A stretch of DNA of 64,000 nucleotides from Elsinoe ampelina. Lineage: Eukaryota. Both the position numbers and the translations under genes were made by a program. The DNA lies in NCBI GenBank assembly GCA_010093995.1, contig ML992506.1, positions 1,355,617 to 1,419,616 on the forward strand, read 5' to 3'. Below the pieces are notes generated by a model, which was not told where the DNA came from, made no database searches, and saw nothing but the letters and a program-made list of their open reading frames with translations. Shown here piece by piece: positions 22,775 through 34,322 of the stretch; the stretch's first letter is position 1; each line of letters starts with the position of its first letter.

Positions 22775-24781
22775 TCACCTGGCCGCCTTCCCTGCATTCT
22801 CCTTTTCCTCCCCCTCCTCCTCGCCCTCAAGCCACACCTCATGCCCATCCCCCTCCTTCACTCCCCCTCCCGCCACCACCCCCAAGACCGCCCAACAGCT
22901 CATCCCCCACCACACCGCCCCTACCACTCCGTTCCTCAATCCCATCCCGTATCCCCATCCCCCCACCACTGGCCCGAGGGTGCGCATGGCACTACTCACG
23001 CTCTGCCCGATCCCATGCACCGTCCCGAGCACACTCGGATGCGGGCTCGCGTTATTCAACAAAATCGTCGTGGCCGGGAGGGCGAACGTGCGCGCCAGAA
23101 CCTGGATGCTGAGCACCACTACTAGTGCGGCCCAGAAGTACGGTCCATCAGCTGGGTGAGGCGGGGCGGAGGATGTGGGGACCAAAGTGAGGAAGGGGGC
23201 GAGGAGGTAGGACAGCGGGAACAAGAGCAGGGAAAGGCGGTAGGACTTGATGGTTCCGAGGGAGAAGGAGAGAGGTGGGTACAAGATGAGTTGCAGGAAA
23301 AGACCTATGACGCCGAGAATGGCGAGGGAGGTGCCGATCGAGGGAGGCGGGAGGGAGAGGCCGCCTGTGAATGTGAAGGGGAGGTGAGGGCTGTAGTCGG
23401 TGGGTAGGTGGAGGGTGGGGTTGGCTGAGGTGGTAGAGTTGGAGGGGGAAGGCGGGACGAAGCGGGGGGTGGAGAGGAATATGAACCAGAGTTGGTTGAA
23501 GGTGCCGACGTGGCAGGCTAGCATGCCGTGGGCGATGAGGACGAAGATGACGTTGCGGGTCCAGATGCGGGAGAAGGGGAGTTTGCGTTTGGGCTTGGGT
23601 TTGGTGGGAGAGGCGTCGGTGGGGGAGGGTTGGAGTTCGATGTCGGTTGAGGGGATAGTGAGAGGCTGGTAGTTGTGGGTGGAGCGGCGGCAGAAGACAG
23701 TGCGTTTGAGGAAGGAGCCGAGGCGGAGTCCAAGGTCGCGGCGGTCTCGCAAGGAGTCAAGGGTTTCTTCGAGTCCGAGAATGACGGCAAATGCTGACAT
23801 GGCAATGAAGCATGCGCTGACCAGGTTAGGCAGAGCGTAGGGCCACTTCTTCATCCACCATACGCCAGTCTCGCCGCCAATTGATCCTCCCTCACCGAAG
23901 ATGCCAGGGTAGCTCTTGACCGGGTCTGCCAGCAGACCTCCAAGGATGGGACCAATGATGACACCAACGTTGAAGGTCATTGGCAAAAGCAGAAACGCCC
24001 GCGACTGATACTTCTTCTCCCTGATGATTTCCGATATCATGGTCCTCATGACACCCACGTTTCCGTTCAGCGCCCCGCCGACTGCTCTCCAGAACAATGC
24101 CATGTAGAAGCTTTGGCTGAAACCGAATCCAAGTGCGCCAATGCTGGTGCCCATGAGTCCAACAAGTATGACCCTCTTCCTGCCCATGCCATCCCAATCC
24201 GCCATGCGACCCCATAGAATAGCTGTCAAGAACTGCGCGCCTGTGAATGCTGCCTGAAGGAAACCCGCTTGCGATGCGATTGTCGAATCTGGTAGGGACG
24301 GATCGAAAGATTTGAGCTGGTAGAACATGTATGCCTGGAGAGAAGTCTGGGTCAGGGGGTCCGATAGACGGGCGAGTGTGAGGAGTATCAGTTGGTCTTT
24401 GCGAGGTAATGCAGACCAAGAGACCTGCTGTGGCTTGGTATTCGTCTTGTCCGAGGGTGCAGCAGTTGGATGATCTCGCTGCTGTAATGACCTGGCGCCT
24501 TGAATATGCTCCTCTTCGTCCACCGCAAGTGTATGAGAAGTGACGGGCCCTAGCTCTAGCTCTTTCGGTATCAGACCGTGCCTCTCATCTGTATCTTCCA
24601 CGTCCGAGTCGTCGGTATACTCCCCGTGGCTGCTGTCATCCGAGTCATGATCTTTGGCAAACTTGTCGAAGCTGTCGCGTGACGACACCGGACTGAATAT
24701 ATGTGCGCCGTAGTCGCTCTCCGCTGCCGTCATCGTAGTATGTTGAGTCTGCGGTGGTGTCGCATCATTAGGATCTGGCAT
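22775..24781 (-). CDS. Major facilitator superfamily transporter
   Basis: MFS motif A WGRMADWDGMGRKRV and multiple hydrophobic helices. First in-frame ATG at 24781 (MPDPND). Intronless ORF. Confidence 0.9.
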   Translation of the reverse strand: MPDPNDATPPQTQHTTMTAAESDYGAHIFSPVSSRDSFDKFAKDHDSDDSSHGEYTDDSDVEDTDERHGLIPKELELGPVTSHTLAVDEEEHIQGARSLQQRDHPTAAPSDKTNTKPQQVSWSALPRKDQLILLTLARLSDPLTQTSLQAYMFYQLKSFDPSLPDSTIASQAGFLQAAFTGAQFLTAILWGRMADWDGMGRKRVILVGLMGTSIGALGFGFSQSFYMALFWRAVGGALNGNVGVMRTMISEIIREKKYQSRAFLLLPMTFNVGVIIGPILGGLLADPVKSYPGIFGEGGSIGGETGVWWMKKWPYALPNLVSACFIAMSAFAVILGLEETLDSLRDRRDLGLRLGSFLKRTVFCRRSTHNYQPLTIPSTDIELQPSPTDASPTKPKPKRKLPFSRIWTRNVIFVLIAHGMLACHVGTFNQLWFIFLSTPRFVPPSPSNSTTSANPTLHLPTDYSPHLPFTFTGGLSLPPPSIGTSLAILGVIGLFLQLILYPPLSFSLGTIKSYRLSLLLFPLSYLLAPFLTLVPTSSAPPHPADGPYFWAALVVVLSIQVLARTFALPATTILLNNASPHPSVLGTVHGIGQSVSSAMRTLGPVVGGWGYGMGLRNGVVGAVWWGMSCWAVLGVVAGGGVKEGDGHEVWLEGEEEGEEKENAGKAAR

Positions 24782-25460
24782 AAATGTGTCCAACGAGTCG
24801 GAGGTGTAGCGGGAAACAGCGATGGTGGTGGAATCTTGGTATGCTACTCATGCGGCTCTACCGAGAGACTGGTTGATTAAGGGATTGAAAACTGATCTCA
24901 ATCAATCATAGGAGTTCATCAGTATCTGCCTGCGACATGTAGCAATTGTGACTGACACAGCCCTCTTCTGAAGATGTAGGATGCCGACGATCGGAGTCTC
25001 GCCGCAACGCCGAAGAGCGATATCAGTCACATCCATATCGGTGAACACATCAATGCCGTTATACCCGTATTGGTCGACTTTGGCCAATTGTCCAACAAAG
25101 AAGTTGCGTCTTCCAAACCAGGACTTTGACATGTTTCAATGCTGTCATGCGTCTCTTCCATCGTCGAGATTTCAATGTTTGCTCAGTAGAATACATATTC
25201 AGAAGACAAATTTCTGTCACGTGACCTTCTCGTGGAAATATTGCTTGCAAGAGCCTAAACGCCTCGCTCCCTTACGATGACCGCAATTCTTACGATGGAG
25301 CCGATACCATAGCCTCCTTGTTCCAAAAAATTGCCCTCATCGACACGAGCTTGGCGTCTTTGGGAGTGCTATGAGAGCATTACTTCCCGGAGCTCTGTCG
25401 TGTGGTACTCGTAGTCCTGCTATACATCTCCGGAACGAACTACTACACTTCCTTATTCGG

Positions 25461-26465
25461 CTACTCTTCGTCTTCTTCATCGTCAGCCTTTGCGGCCGGC
25501 TCCCTGAACGTCCTAGGCACGTCAGTCATCCTGGCTCGATACATGAATGCGTTTGCCGTGGACCCACAGGTGAGAGACAAAGTAATCCAGGAGCTAGATC
25601 GAGGTTAGTACATACACCATGCGAACGACATGTCGACCGACCTTTTGTGGGCACTTCTGCCGGACCGTATCGATACTGTAGGACGCTTTGTGGCCGTCGT
25701 TGAAGACAAGAAAGACATTGAGCTTGTCATTTCTTTTCTTGCTCTTCGCATCCTTGAAGGGTTCCTCCGATATCGTCTCAATGGCGTTGACTTGTTTCTC
25801 CCAGCTCCCATCGGGGGCCTTCCATTCCTTGCCGTTCACCGCGCCGCCCGATTTGCGCCCTCGTTTGGCTGGAGCCGGGCTTGCAGTCGTGCTTTCAGCT
25901 TTTCTCTTGGTACCTTTTGCTGGTCCCCGTCCCTTCTTAGGTTCTCCACCGATTTTGGTGTGGTATGCCTCCAGAATGTCTGCTGCACCCTCAAGCCTAG
26001 TCCGTGTCAGTCTGCGCATCCGCAACTCTAAGGAGACAGAAGACTACGCACAGATTCTCCTTGGGCTCCCATGTTTGATCGGCCTCGTCCTCGTAGCCAA
26101 GCCACTTCACCTTGTACAAAACGACGCCCTTTACGCCAAAGTCATGCTTGATAATCTCCTCCACAGCAAAACTGGTCTAGGTCAGCTTCTCTGCGCGCGG
26201 AACCGCAAGTGACAAGTACGTTTCTCCATCTTCGGATTCGTCGTCATCATCTGTGTTTGCGTTTGCGCCATTCACAACCTCGTCTTCAACCTCTTCAATC
26301 TCTTCCTCGTCCTCGACCTCGGGCTCAGCTGGCTTTGGCCCTTTCTTAATAGGCTTGGCTGGAATCGTATCCAGGTCGTCCGAAACTGATTCGTTGTCTG
26401 ACATGAGTGCTACGCTAGATTAGCGGACAATGTAGAAGATTTGCGGGGGACGAACGAGGAGGCAT
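25461..26465 (-). CDS. HP1: Heterochromatin protein 1 (chromo + chromoshadow domains; Swi6/HepA orthologue)
   Basis: Spliced model (5 introns): MPPPLMSDNES..., acidic N-terminus, chromodomain FAVEEIIKH...YKVKWLGYEDEADQTWEPKENL, basic hinge, chromoshadow WKAPDGSWE...KCPQK|LLDYFVSHL|TFREP...EE*. Confidence 0.9.
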
Positions 26466-26606
26466 AATCGAAGTGTGGACAATTGTGCGCCTGAATGGGA
26501 TATGGTCGCGGACGCGGCGTTAATGTGATCGCTTGGTCTGGATTACAGCGCTGATGCTTCCTGATAGTCGGAATTGAGGTAAGGAATGAAAGTGAAATGA
26601 TTGACG

Positions 26607-26680
26607 GCGCGAAGACGCGAAAGTGAAACTTTGCGATGCGGAGCTGCACTGAACCCTAACCCTAGCGGACGCGAAATTTC
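26607..26680. promoter_or_regulatory. Bidirectional HP1/CCT5 promoter with telobox-like AACCCTAACCCTA and two ACGCGAAA (MCB/SCB-like) boxes
   Basis: AACCCTAACCCTA at 26652-26664 and ACGCGAAA at about 26615 and 26669, in a gap of about 385 bp between the divergent ATGs. Confidence 0.5.
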
Positions 26681-26850
26681 ACTGTCACGTCGTCCTAAAG
26701 GTGAGGGCAGCTAAGATGGTCAATTACTTCTTCAACTAAATTTGAGATTCACTTGCCGGTAAGCTTGCACTATTGAGCACGTGTAAGGTCTGGACCGATA
26801 TCAAGCTTAAAGAGTGAGAGGCTAGCTCAGCGAGAGCAAAAACAGCCAAT

Positions 26851-28911
26851 ATGGCAATGCGTAAGTTGTGAGAAGGTTGAACAATTGATCGTTGCTGACA
26901 TATAAGCAGAATTAGACATGTCGAATGGTATGCGATATTCCGAGATTGATTCACGCAGAAATTGGAGCTGACTTCCTCAGCGCAAGTCGCAAGAGACGAG
27001 AACGGAAGGCCCTTCATCATCGTGAGGGAGTGAGTAAAAGAGCTCTGCAGCTGGGACACAATTCTGATTACTATGACAGTCAAGGGAGGAAGAAGCGCAC
27101 ACACGGCAATGAGGCAGTCAAGCAGCACATCCTCGCCGCCCGCACAGTATCAAACATAGTCAAGACATCACTGGGACCACGAGGATTAGACAAGATCTTG
27201 ATTTCCCCCGACGGCGATATCACAGTAACCAACGACGGCGCCACCATCCTTTCCCAGATGGAAATCTCCAATCACGTCGCCAAACTCCTCGTATCCCTCT
27301 CACAATCCCAAGACGCTGAAATCGGCGACGGCACAACCGGCGTGGTAGTCCTGGCCGGCGCCCTCCTCGAACAAGCCGCAGACCTCATAGACAAAGGCAT
27401 CCACCCCATCCGCATCGCCGACGGCTACGACGCCGCATGCGAAGTCGCAGTCGCCAAGCTCGACGAAATATCCGACACCATTCCCTTCACCAAGACCGAA
27501 ACCTCCAACCTCCTCAAAGTCGCGCACACCTCACTAGGCAGCAAAATCGTGTCAAAAGCCCACGACCAATTCGCAAAAATCGCCGTAGACGCCGTCCTCT
27601 CCGTCGCCGACCTGGAGCGTAAAGATGTCGATTTCGAACTGATCAAAGTCGACGGGAAAGTCGGAGGTTCGCTAGAAGACACCCTCCTCGTCAAAGGCGT
27701 GATCGTAGACAAAGATTTCTCCCACCCACAAATGCCCTCAGAAGTGCGCGACGCCAAACTCGCTATCCTGACCTGTGCCTTTGAGCCCCCGAAACCAAAG
27801 ACCAAGCACCACATCGACATTACCAGCGTGGAGGAATTCAAGCGCCTCCAGCAGTACGAGAAATCCAAATTCGAGGAGATGATCACGCAGATCAAGGAAA
27901 CCGGTGCTAACGTCGTGATTTGTCAGTGGGGTTTCGACGACGAGGCGAATCATCTGCTGCTCACCAATGCTTTGCCCGCAGTCCGCTGGGTAGGCGGGCC
28001 AGAGATCGAGTTGATAGCCATCGCGACGAACGGCAGGATCGTGCCGCGGTTCGAGGACCTGAGTGCTGAGAAGCTGGGAAAAGCGGGCATCGTGCGAGAG
28101 ATGAGCTTCGGGACGACGAGAGAGAAGATGTTGGTCATCGAGGAGTGTGCGAATTCGAGAGCTGTGACTGTGTTTGTCAGAGGGAGTAACAAGATGGTGA
28201 GTCGGGGACTGCCCTTTTATTCCACAGTTCGCTGACCGCAACAGATCATCGACGAGGCGAAACGCTCACTACACGACGCGCTGTGTGTCGTGCGCAATCT
28301 TGTCAAGGACAACCGAATCGTATACGGTGGCGGTGCTGCTGAGGTTGCCTGTTCGTTAGCCGTCGAGGATGCAGCTGTCAAGACCGCGGGTCTCCAGCAA
28401 TACGCGATGCGCGCCTTCGCGGACGCTCTGGATGCTGTTCCGATGGCGTTGGCGGAGAATTCGGGGCTGAGTCCGATTGAGACGCTGGCGCAGATCAAGT
28501 CGAGGCAGGCGAAGGAGGGTAATTCGAGATTGGGCGTCGATTGCATGCAGACGGGCAGCAATGGTGAGTCGTCTTCTCTTCTGTCCGTGGTTTTCGTCTC
28601 ACCACTTTTTTCCTTTTTGGCTTCACCCGGCTTGAGCCTTCGACCTGCCCTTCAGGTCTTCAATCCCCTCCTCTTCTTATCTTTTTTTTTCTTCTTATTC
28701 TTTTTTGTCATCTTGGTCGTCTTCTTCATCCTCTCCATCCACCAAAACTTCGGTCCCTCCCACTGACTCGTCCACAGATATGCGCGACCACTTCGTCATC
28801 GACCCCCTGATCTCCAAGCGCCAACAACTTCTCCTCGCCACCCAGCTGTGCAGGATGGTGCTCAAGGTCAACAACGTCATCATTGCTGGGAGCGATGATC
28901 AGGATTACTGA
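26851..28911 (+). CDS. CCT5: T-complex protein 1 epsilon subunit (chaperonin CCT5)
   Basis: Spliced [32 protein letters not shown], then [39 protein letters not shown]. End ...[22 protein letters not shown]. Five GT-AG introns. Confidence 0.96.
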
Positions 28912-29388
28912 GTCTCCGAGTCTCCAGTGAGCGATTGTGATGAAAGGGTTGGGAATGTACAATGCAGATAGAGCTGTAGAATACCCCGGGAATGAGAGGT
29001 TGACGACGGTCATTTTGATGCGCCTTTTCTTTCCGGATGGCTGTAGTGATGTTTCGTTGTACATCGTCGTTGGGTAGGTGTTGTATGGTATTGTTGGTGT
29101 TGTATAATCCCATCGTCAGAGATTGTACAGCGCTGTCGATATCGTACAGTGCCGTCTGTTGTGCAATGTTCTTCGGTTCCTCCATCGACTTTGCCATGTT
29201 CGAGTGCCTGCTGATCCAGTATCGAACCAGCATCGTTTCGATGTCGTGGTGTACAGTCTTTCTACCACGAAACTCCCAGTGTCCTACTGCCAATAGCCTG
29301 CAATTCCCACCAGCCGACCGTCCCAGTCTCCCCTCAACTTTCTGTTTGGGTTCCACACTCTCCCCCTTCCCTCCTCACCTCCCCCCCG

Positions 29389-32300
29389 CTAAGGATCCAA
29401 CATCCCCAAATCCTCCCTCTCATCATCCCTCACCTCCACATTCGCAGGCGCAGACTGCGGTCGTGGGACCCACATCCCATCCACATCCTCCCACTCCCCC
29501 TCCTCCTCATCGCCCTCCGCATCCTCCTCCTCCTCATCGCTGCTCTCCTCGTCGTCCCCCTCGCTCCCGTCGTCCCCATCGGGGTTCACCTGGTCGTCCT
29601 CCCCTTCCTCCGCCCGGGGAGTCTCGATCGGTGCGCCGCGCGTGGACGGCCGAGCCATGCCCTGCGCGATGCGGCGGGCTGCTTCCACGGGGTCGTCTGG
29701 CGTGGGAGGGCGGGGGAGGGTGAAGGCGTTGCTGCGGGCGCGGGTCTGCGCGGGCGCCTCGGTTGGTGGAGCGGGGCTGGGGGTTGGCTTGCTCGTTGCT
29801 CGGAGGGAGGGGCTGGGTGGTGCCTTCGACGCCGTCCATGTCTTGGTCTTGCGGTTGCGCCGGCGCCGTGCCCTGCGGTTGCTCGGTCTGTTCTTCGTGC
29901 AGATCGTGCCTTTCCTCTCTCGGCTTCCCGGGTGGTTGTATGTACTCTGTAGTCGGGTCTTTGAACCAGGTGCCATTGCCATAGGGACCGAGGAATACTT
30001 TGTCGTTGCCACCGTAGAGCCAATCGCTTTCAGCCTCGAAGGCGGCCCAATTTTTCCAAGTCGCTGGCGTGCCATCCCGCAGAGTGGGTGCCTCGGGGTC
30101 AAAGGCGTGGTCGCTGCGGAGGGCGGCCATCTCATGATCGATATATCCTTTGGCTAGCTCATCCTGAATCATGCGTCGAAGTACTTGCCGGATCTCTTGT
30201 TGCTGCTGTTGATAGGCGCGTGCATGTTCCATCCGTTTCACCTCGTCGTTTACCAAGTTGCCTTTTACGGGGTTGAAAGACTTGTCGTCGTCGTAGCGAT
30301 GCAGACGAGGCTTGGGGAGGCGTTTATGTCGGGGCATGGGGCCGGGATTGAAGTCATTGCTGGTGGACTGCTGCTTTGGAGGGGAAGGGTAGGTGAAGCC
30401 ATTGTTGTTGTTCTGTGCGCTATTGTTGTTGTCGAAGTATGGAGTCGCAGTGCTTGATGAGCCGCCGAAGGTGAATGGTCCCTGCGGGTTGCCGAACGCG
30501 AAGGAGCTCTGAGGATTAGACTGGGATGAAGTGCCTTGAGCCTGGCTGTTGGGCGTGGCGATATGTGGATTGACCTTGTCGTCAAGGTTCAGGACACTCT
30601 TGCGTTGATTCTGATCATCGGCTGTGTTTGATGAAGTACCATTCACGTACGATTTGAGCTGGCGAAGCGATGAAGGATCCACGGGTTCCTGTGGTGTGGA
30701 CGAGAGCTTGAAGCCCCAGCTGGTGGCGTGGGGTTTGAGCCCATCGGGGTTTGCGGGAGCACTATTCGAGTTAGATGCTTGCCGGAGAGGATAGTCTGGG
30801 CCATACAAGTCATTGTTCGTGTTCTGAGGAACTTGCTTCGGCACGGATGCTCCTTGCTGCACTTCGTCGTCACCTGCATCGCTTTCCCCGTCCTCCATCT
30901 TCTGATCGCCAGAGGGAGTGGCTTGACTTCCTAGGCCAGGTAGTCTCAAACCACCAGTCACTGGTCTTTTACCGGCAGCCTTGTCGCCGAGCGTGTTTGC
31001 CACTTCATTACCAGTTCCTTCTTGATCAAGGATATTGCTAGGTACGGTACTGCTTGAAGGAGTCTGTTGATCAACCTGCAAGCATGTCAGTGTTCGATCC
31101 TACAGCAGCATAGCATGAGCTAGCTCAGCATATCCGGGAGGCCATCAAGTACCTTCTTCTGCTTGTCGTCTAGCTGTCCAAATTCCTGATCATCGTTTGG
31201 CTTACCATTCTGATCGGCTGAGCTCTGGTCTTGGGCATTTGCGTTGTTGGGCTGGGAGGGGCCACCGAAGAGGTCCCTATCCAGCTCCTCCAGCTGTCTC
31301 ATCTGTTCATCCTCGTCATGCTGAGCTGGATCGAACGCGGGTGGCGTGGCGGCTCGTTCTCGATTTTCGAGGCCTAGCATCGCTTTATCTGAGTGGAAGG
31401 GCGCGCCTGGATCACGTTTATCCTCTTCCATTGCATCACCCTCTGGCTCAGAGGTACCTCTTGCTTTCTCTCCGTCAGTCGGAGCCTTCTCCGCGGCTGT
31501 CACCTTCTTGCTATCCTCCTGTTCCTTTTCAAGTCTCTTTTGATTCTCTTCTTGTTGTTTCTTCAGATTCTCCTTTGCAACTTTCTCTTTCCTCAGGGCC
31601 TCCGGAGTCATGAAATCCTCCCTGTTAGGCGGAGGTGCATCGAATCGAGCCTGTCTTCTCTGATTGAACGTCGTCGCAGCTGGTTTACTCGCAGCAGCCG
31701 CCGAGCCCTCAGGAGTTTCGACATCCATGCCCATGCTCTTCGGCACGGCCGGTCTTTCGAAGGCCTCTTGACTTTGAGCCGATTTCTTCTCTTTCGCTTC
31801 GTTCTCCTCTGCCTCCTTCTTCTCAGCTGCTGCCTGCCTTGCCTTTCTCTCCGAGAATGCAATGTTCTTGGATACGTACTGGCTCTTTGTACTATTGCTC
31901 GTCAATGGTCTGTTGCTAGACCGTCTGGTGTAAATTGGCGACGCGAGTCCGCCTTCACCAAAGTCAATGGCTGCAGAGCCGCCGAAGTTGAACTGCATTG
32001 GAGCCGTACTGCCGAAGGGGTTCTGCTGGTGATGATATGGCTGCTGTACAGAAGGAGCTGGTGTAAACGCAGTACCTTGCTGTGGCAAGGGCATGAAGGG
32101 CTGTGGTACCTGCTGAGGTACCTGCTGAGGCTGCTGCATTGACATGCCTTGGACATGATGTTCGGCCAAAGGCATACCATCCTGCATTGAATCTCGCAGG
32201 CCGGATTGAGCAGGCATGTCCTGCGGCAGCTGCTGGAATGGCTGCGGGAATGTGACAGGGACTTGCTGCTGGGGGGGTTCAGCAGCATCCTCCATGGCAA

Positions 32301-33801
32301 GATCTTGTGCCTGCTGAGGAGCGTTGAAGTATGGCACTTGTTGTGCCGGTTGGAAGGGGGTTTGGAAGGGCACATCCTGAGGTAGTCCTTGGTCGAACAC
32401 TCCCGTGCCATTGTTGGCTTCTGCAGGGACTTCTGCAGGGGCTTCTGCCATGTCTTCGTCTTCTAGCCCGACTGTGGCAGGCTGCTGAGGCAAATCCGCG
32501 GCAGGTGCGTCTACCATATCCGTTGCTTCGTCCAGTGCTGGTGCTTCGCCCATGTCTTCATCGAGCTTTGGGTGGATGCTCTGCGGCTCTTCTTGGGCAG
32601 GCTGCTCGGCTGCTACCTGGACATCATCATGGCTGGGAGAGCTGGTAGTATTTTGCTCTTCCCGAACTGCTGATGACGGCACCGGCATCTCGAGAGGTTC
32701 CTGGCTGGCAGATAGGCTGGTAGTAATTTCCGCATGCTGAAGAGGATCTTCAGATATCTGAACTGCTCCACCAACCTCAGTGGTGACCGGTGTGGTAGTA
32801 TCTTCTTGCTGGGGTGCCGCAGGGATTGCCACTGGAGAGTCGATAATTTGATCCGTGGTGATGGCACTGGTAGTACCTGGCTCGCTCATGGGGTTGGTGG
32901 CAGGGTTGGTGGCAGGGCTGGTGGTACCTTTCTCTTCAACAGGAGCGGCGGTAGGGATTTCAACAACGTCTTCAGCAGGCAGGTCGACAACAGTACTGGT
33001 AGGACGTTCTTCTTCTTGAGCAGCGGTCGCAGTAGTCGTCTGAGGTGCTCCCAATCTCTCGTGAAACTGCTCCGTAAGGGTCTTTCGTTGTTCAATCGCC
33101 TTTCTCTGCTCCTCAAGTTCGTGCTCTGCGATCACCTGTGCTGATTCATTGGCGGCGGCTTCCTCTTGCTCGCGCTTGATCCTCTCTACTTCTTCCTCGG
33201 CTGCTTTTCGCTCAGCTTCAGCCTTCTCTCTTTCGAATCTCTTGTCGAGCTTGGAGTTGGACAGAAGGATCGGCAGTGTCTTGACATACTTCTCGACCCT
33301 GTTCTTCGCCCAGTCTGGTCCGAGGTCTTCTTTCTCTTCTTCGACTTGTTCGATGATCTGTGAGGCTTTTTGTATGATCTCGTTATTTTCGGCGACCATC
33401 TCCTTAATAGTAAGGCCACTGCGATGTTGCTTTGTTCTCATCAACCTCCGCCTGTAGGGTGGCATGTTTCCGTATCTACATGTCGTGCTTATGCCTTGAG
33501 CTGCCAGACCTAAAGTACCGATGACCACCAGAGGGTAGGAAGGACAGAAGATGAATCCGGTGAGTGTGAAGAGGAGAAAGATCTCGAAGTTGGCTTGTGC
33601 TGTGCGCAGGAGGCGGAGCTGGTTCGCGTAGGCTTTGATGATAAAGGCGAGGGGAAATGTGAGGCCGGTCCAGGAGGTGGCGAGGTGGGTGGTCAGGAGG
33701 ACAAGAAGGAGGAGCGGGTTCGTGAGGGATGTCATGTCGGGTGCAGACATGGTGGTGAACGCGCCTGAGTTTGGCGGGACGTTGATGGTTGGAATATCCA
33801 T
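29389..33801 (-). CDS. Large low-complexity hypothetical protein with N-terminal hydrophobic helices and an apparent frameshift near 29775
   Basis: The 893-aa ORF joins the 515-aa ORF via phase-0 intron 31076-31152 (GTACTT..CTGAC..CAG). The natural-looking acidic C-terminus lies in another frame ending at 29389. No recognisable domain. Confidence 0.7.
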
Positions 33802-34322
33802 CGCGCTGATGTAAAAGGCCGTGTGTTAATGTCTCTTATGTAGTCCTATCTCGGTGATGCCGTGTTGTGATTCTCTGATCGAGAAGTGTGATGACCTAAT
33901 ATCAGATCAAGAGGTGTTCTGTGACGAAACGTCCGTTGCTTGGAATCGCTGCTAGCTATGCTATTGCTATGATGAGAATCTCTCGTCGCAAAGTAAGCAA
34001 GAAGCGATGCTGATGTGATAGGTGAAGGAAATCCCGAAACAATGAAAACTTCAAAGAGGTGATGTGGTCAAAGAGGACAAACGACGCGCCAACGCCACCC
34101 GCCAGCAAAGTGACAAACGACAAAAGTGGCTAATTTCCTGTTTCAACAAGGCAAAAGGGTGGGGACCGAAGTGGCCGTGGAAAATATGTGACAGCATATA
34201 AACCACGTTCAAGGGGCAGAAAGGGCAAGGGAAACTTGACGAGTGGTCAAAAGCTAATTCATGCAGGAGGGTATCTTAATTGAAGTCAGAGATTTTGTAC
34301 AGACGCTCTTTGTTCATGGAGA

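Noticed and set aside
26652..26664. Telomeric repeat as a telomerase RNA template or chromosome end
   Set aside because: Only two units inside a short bidirectional promoter. There is no room for a long TER and no telomeric array.
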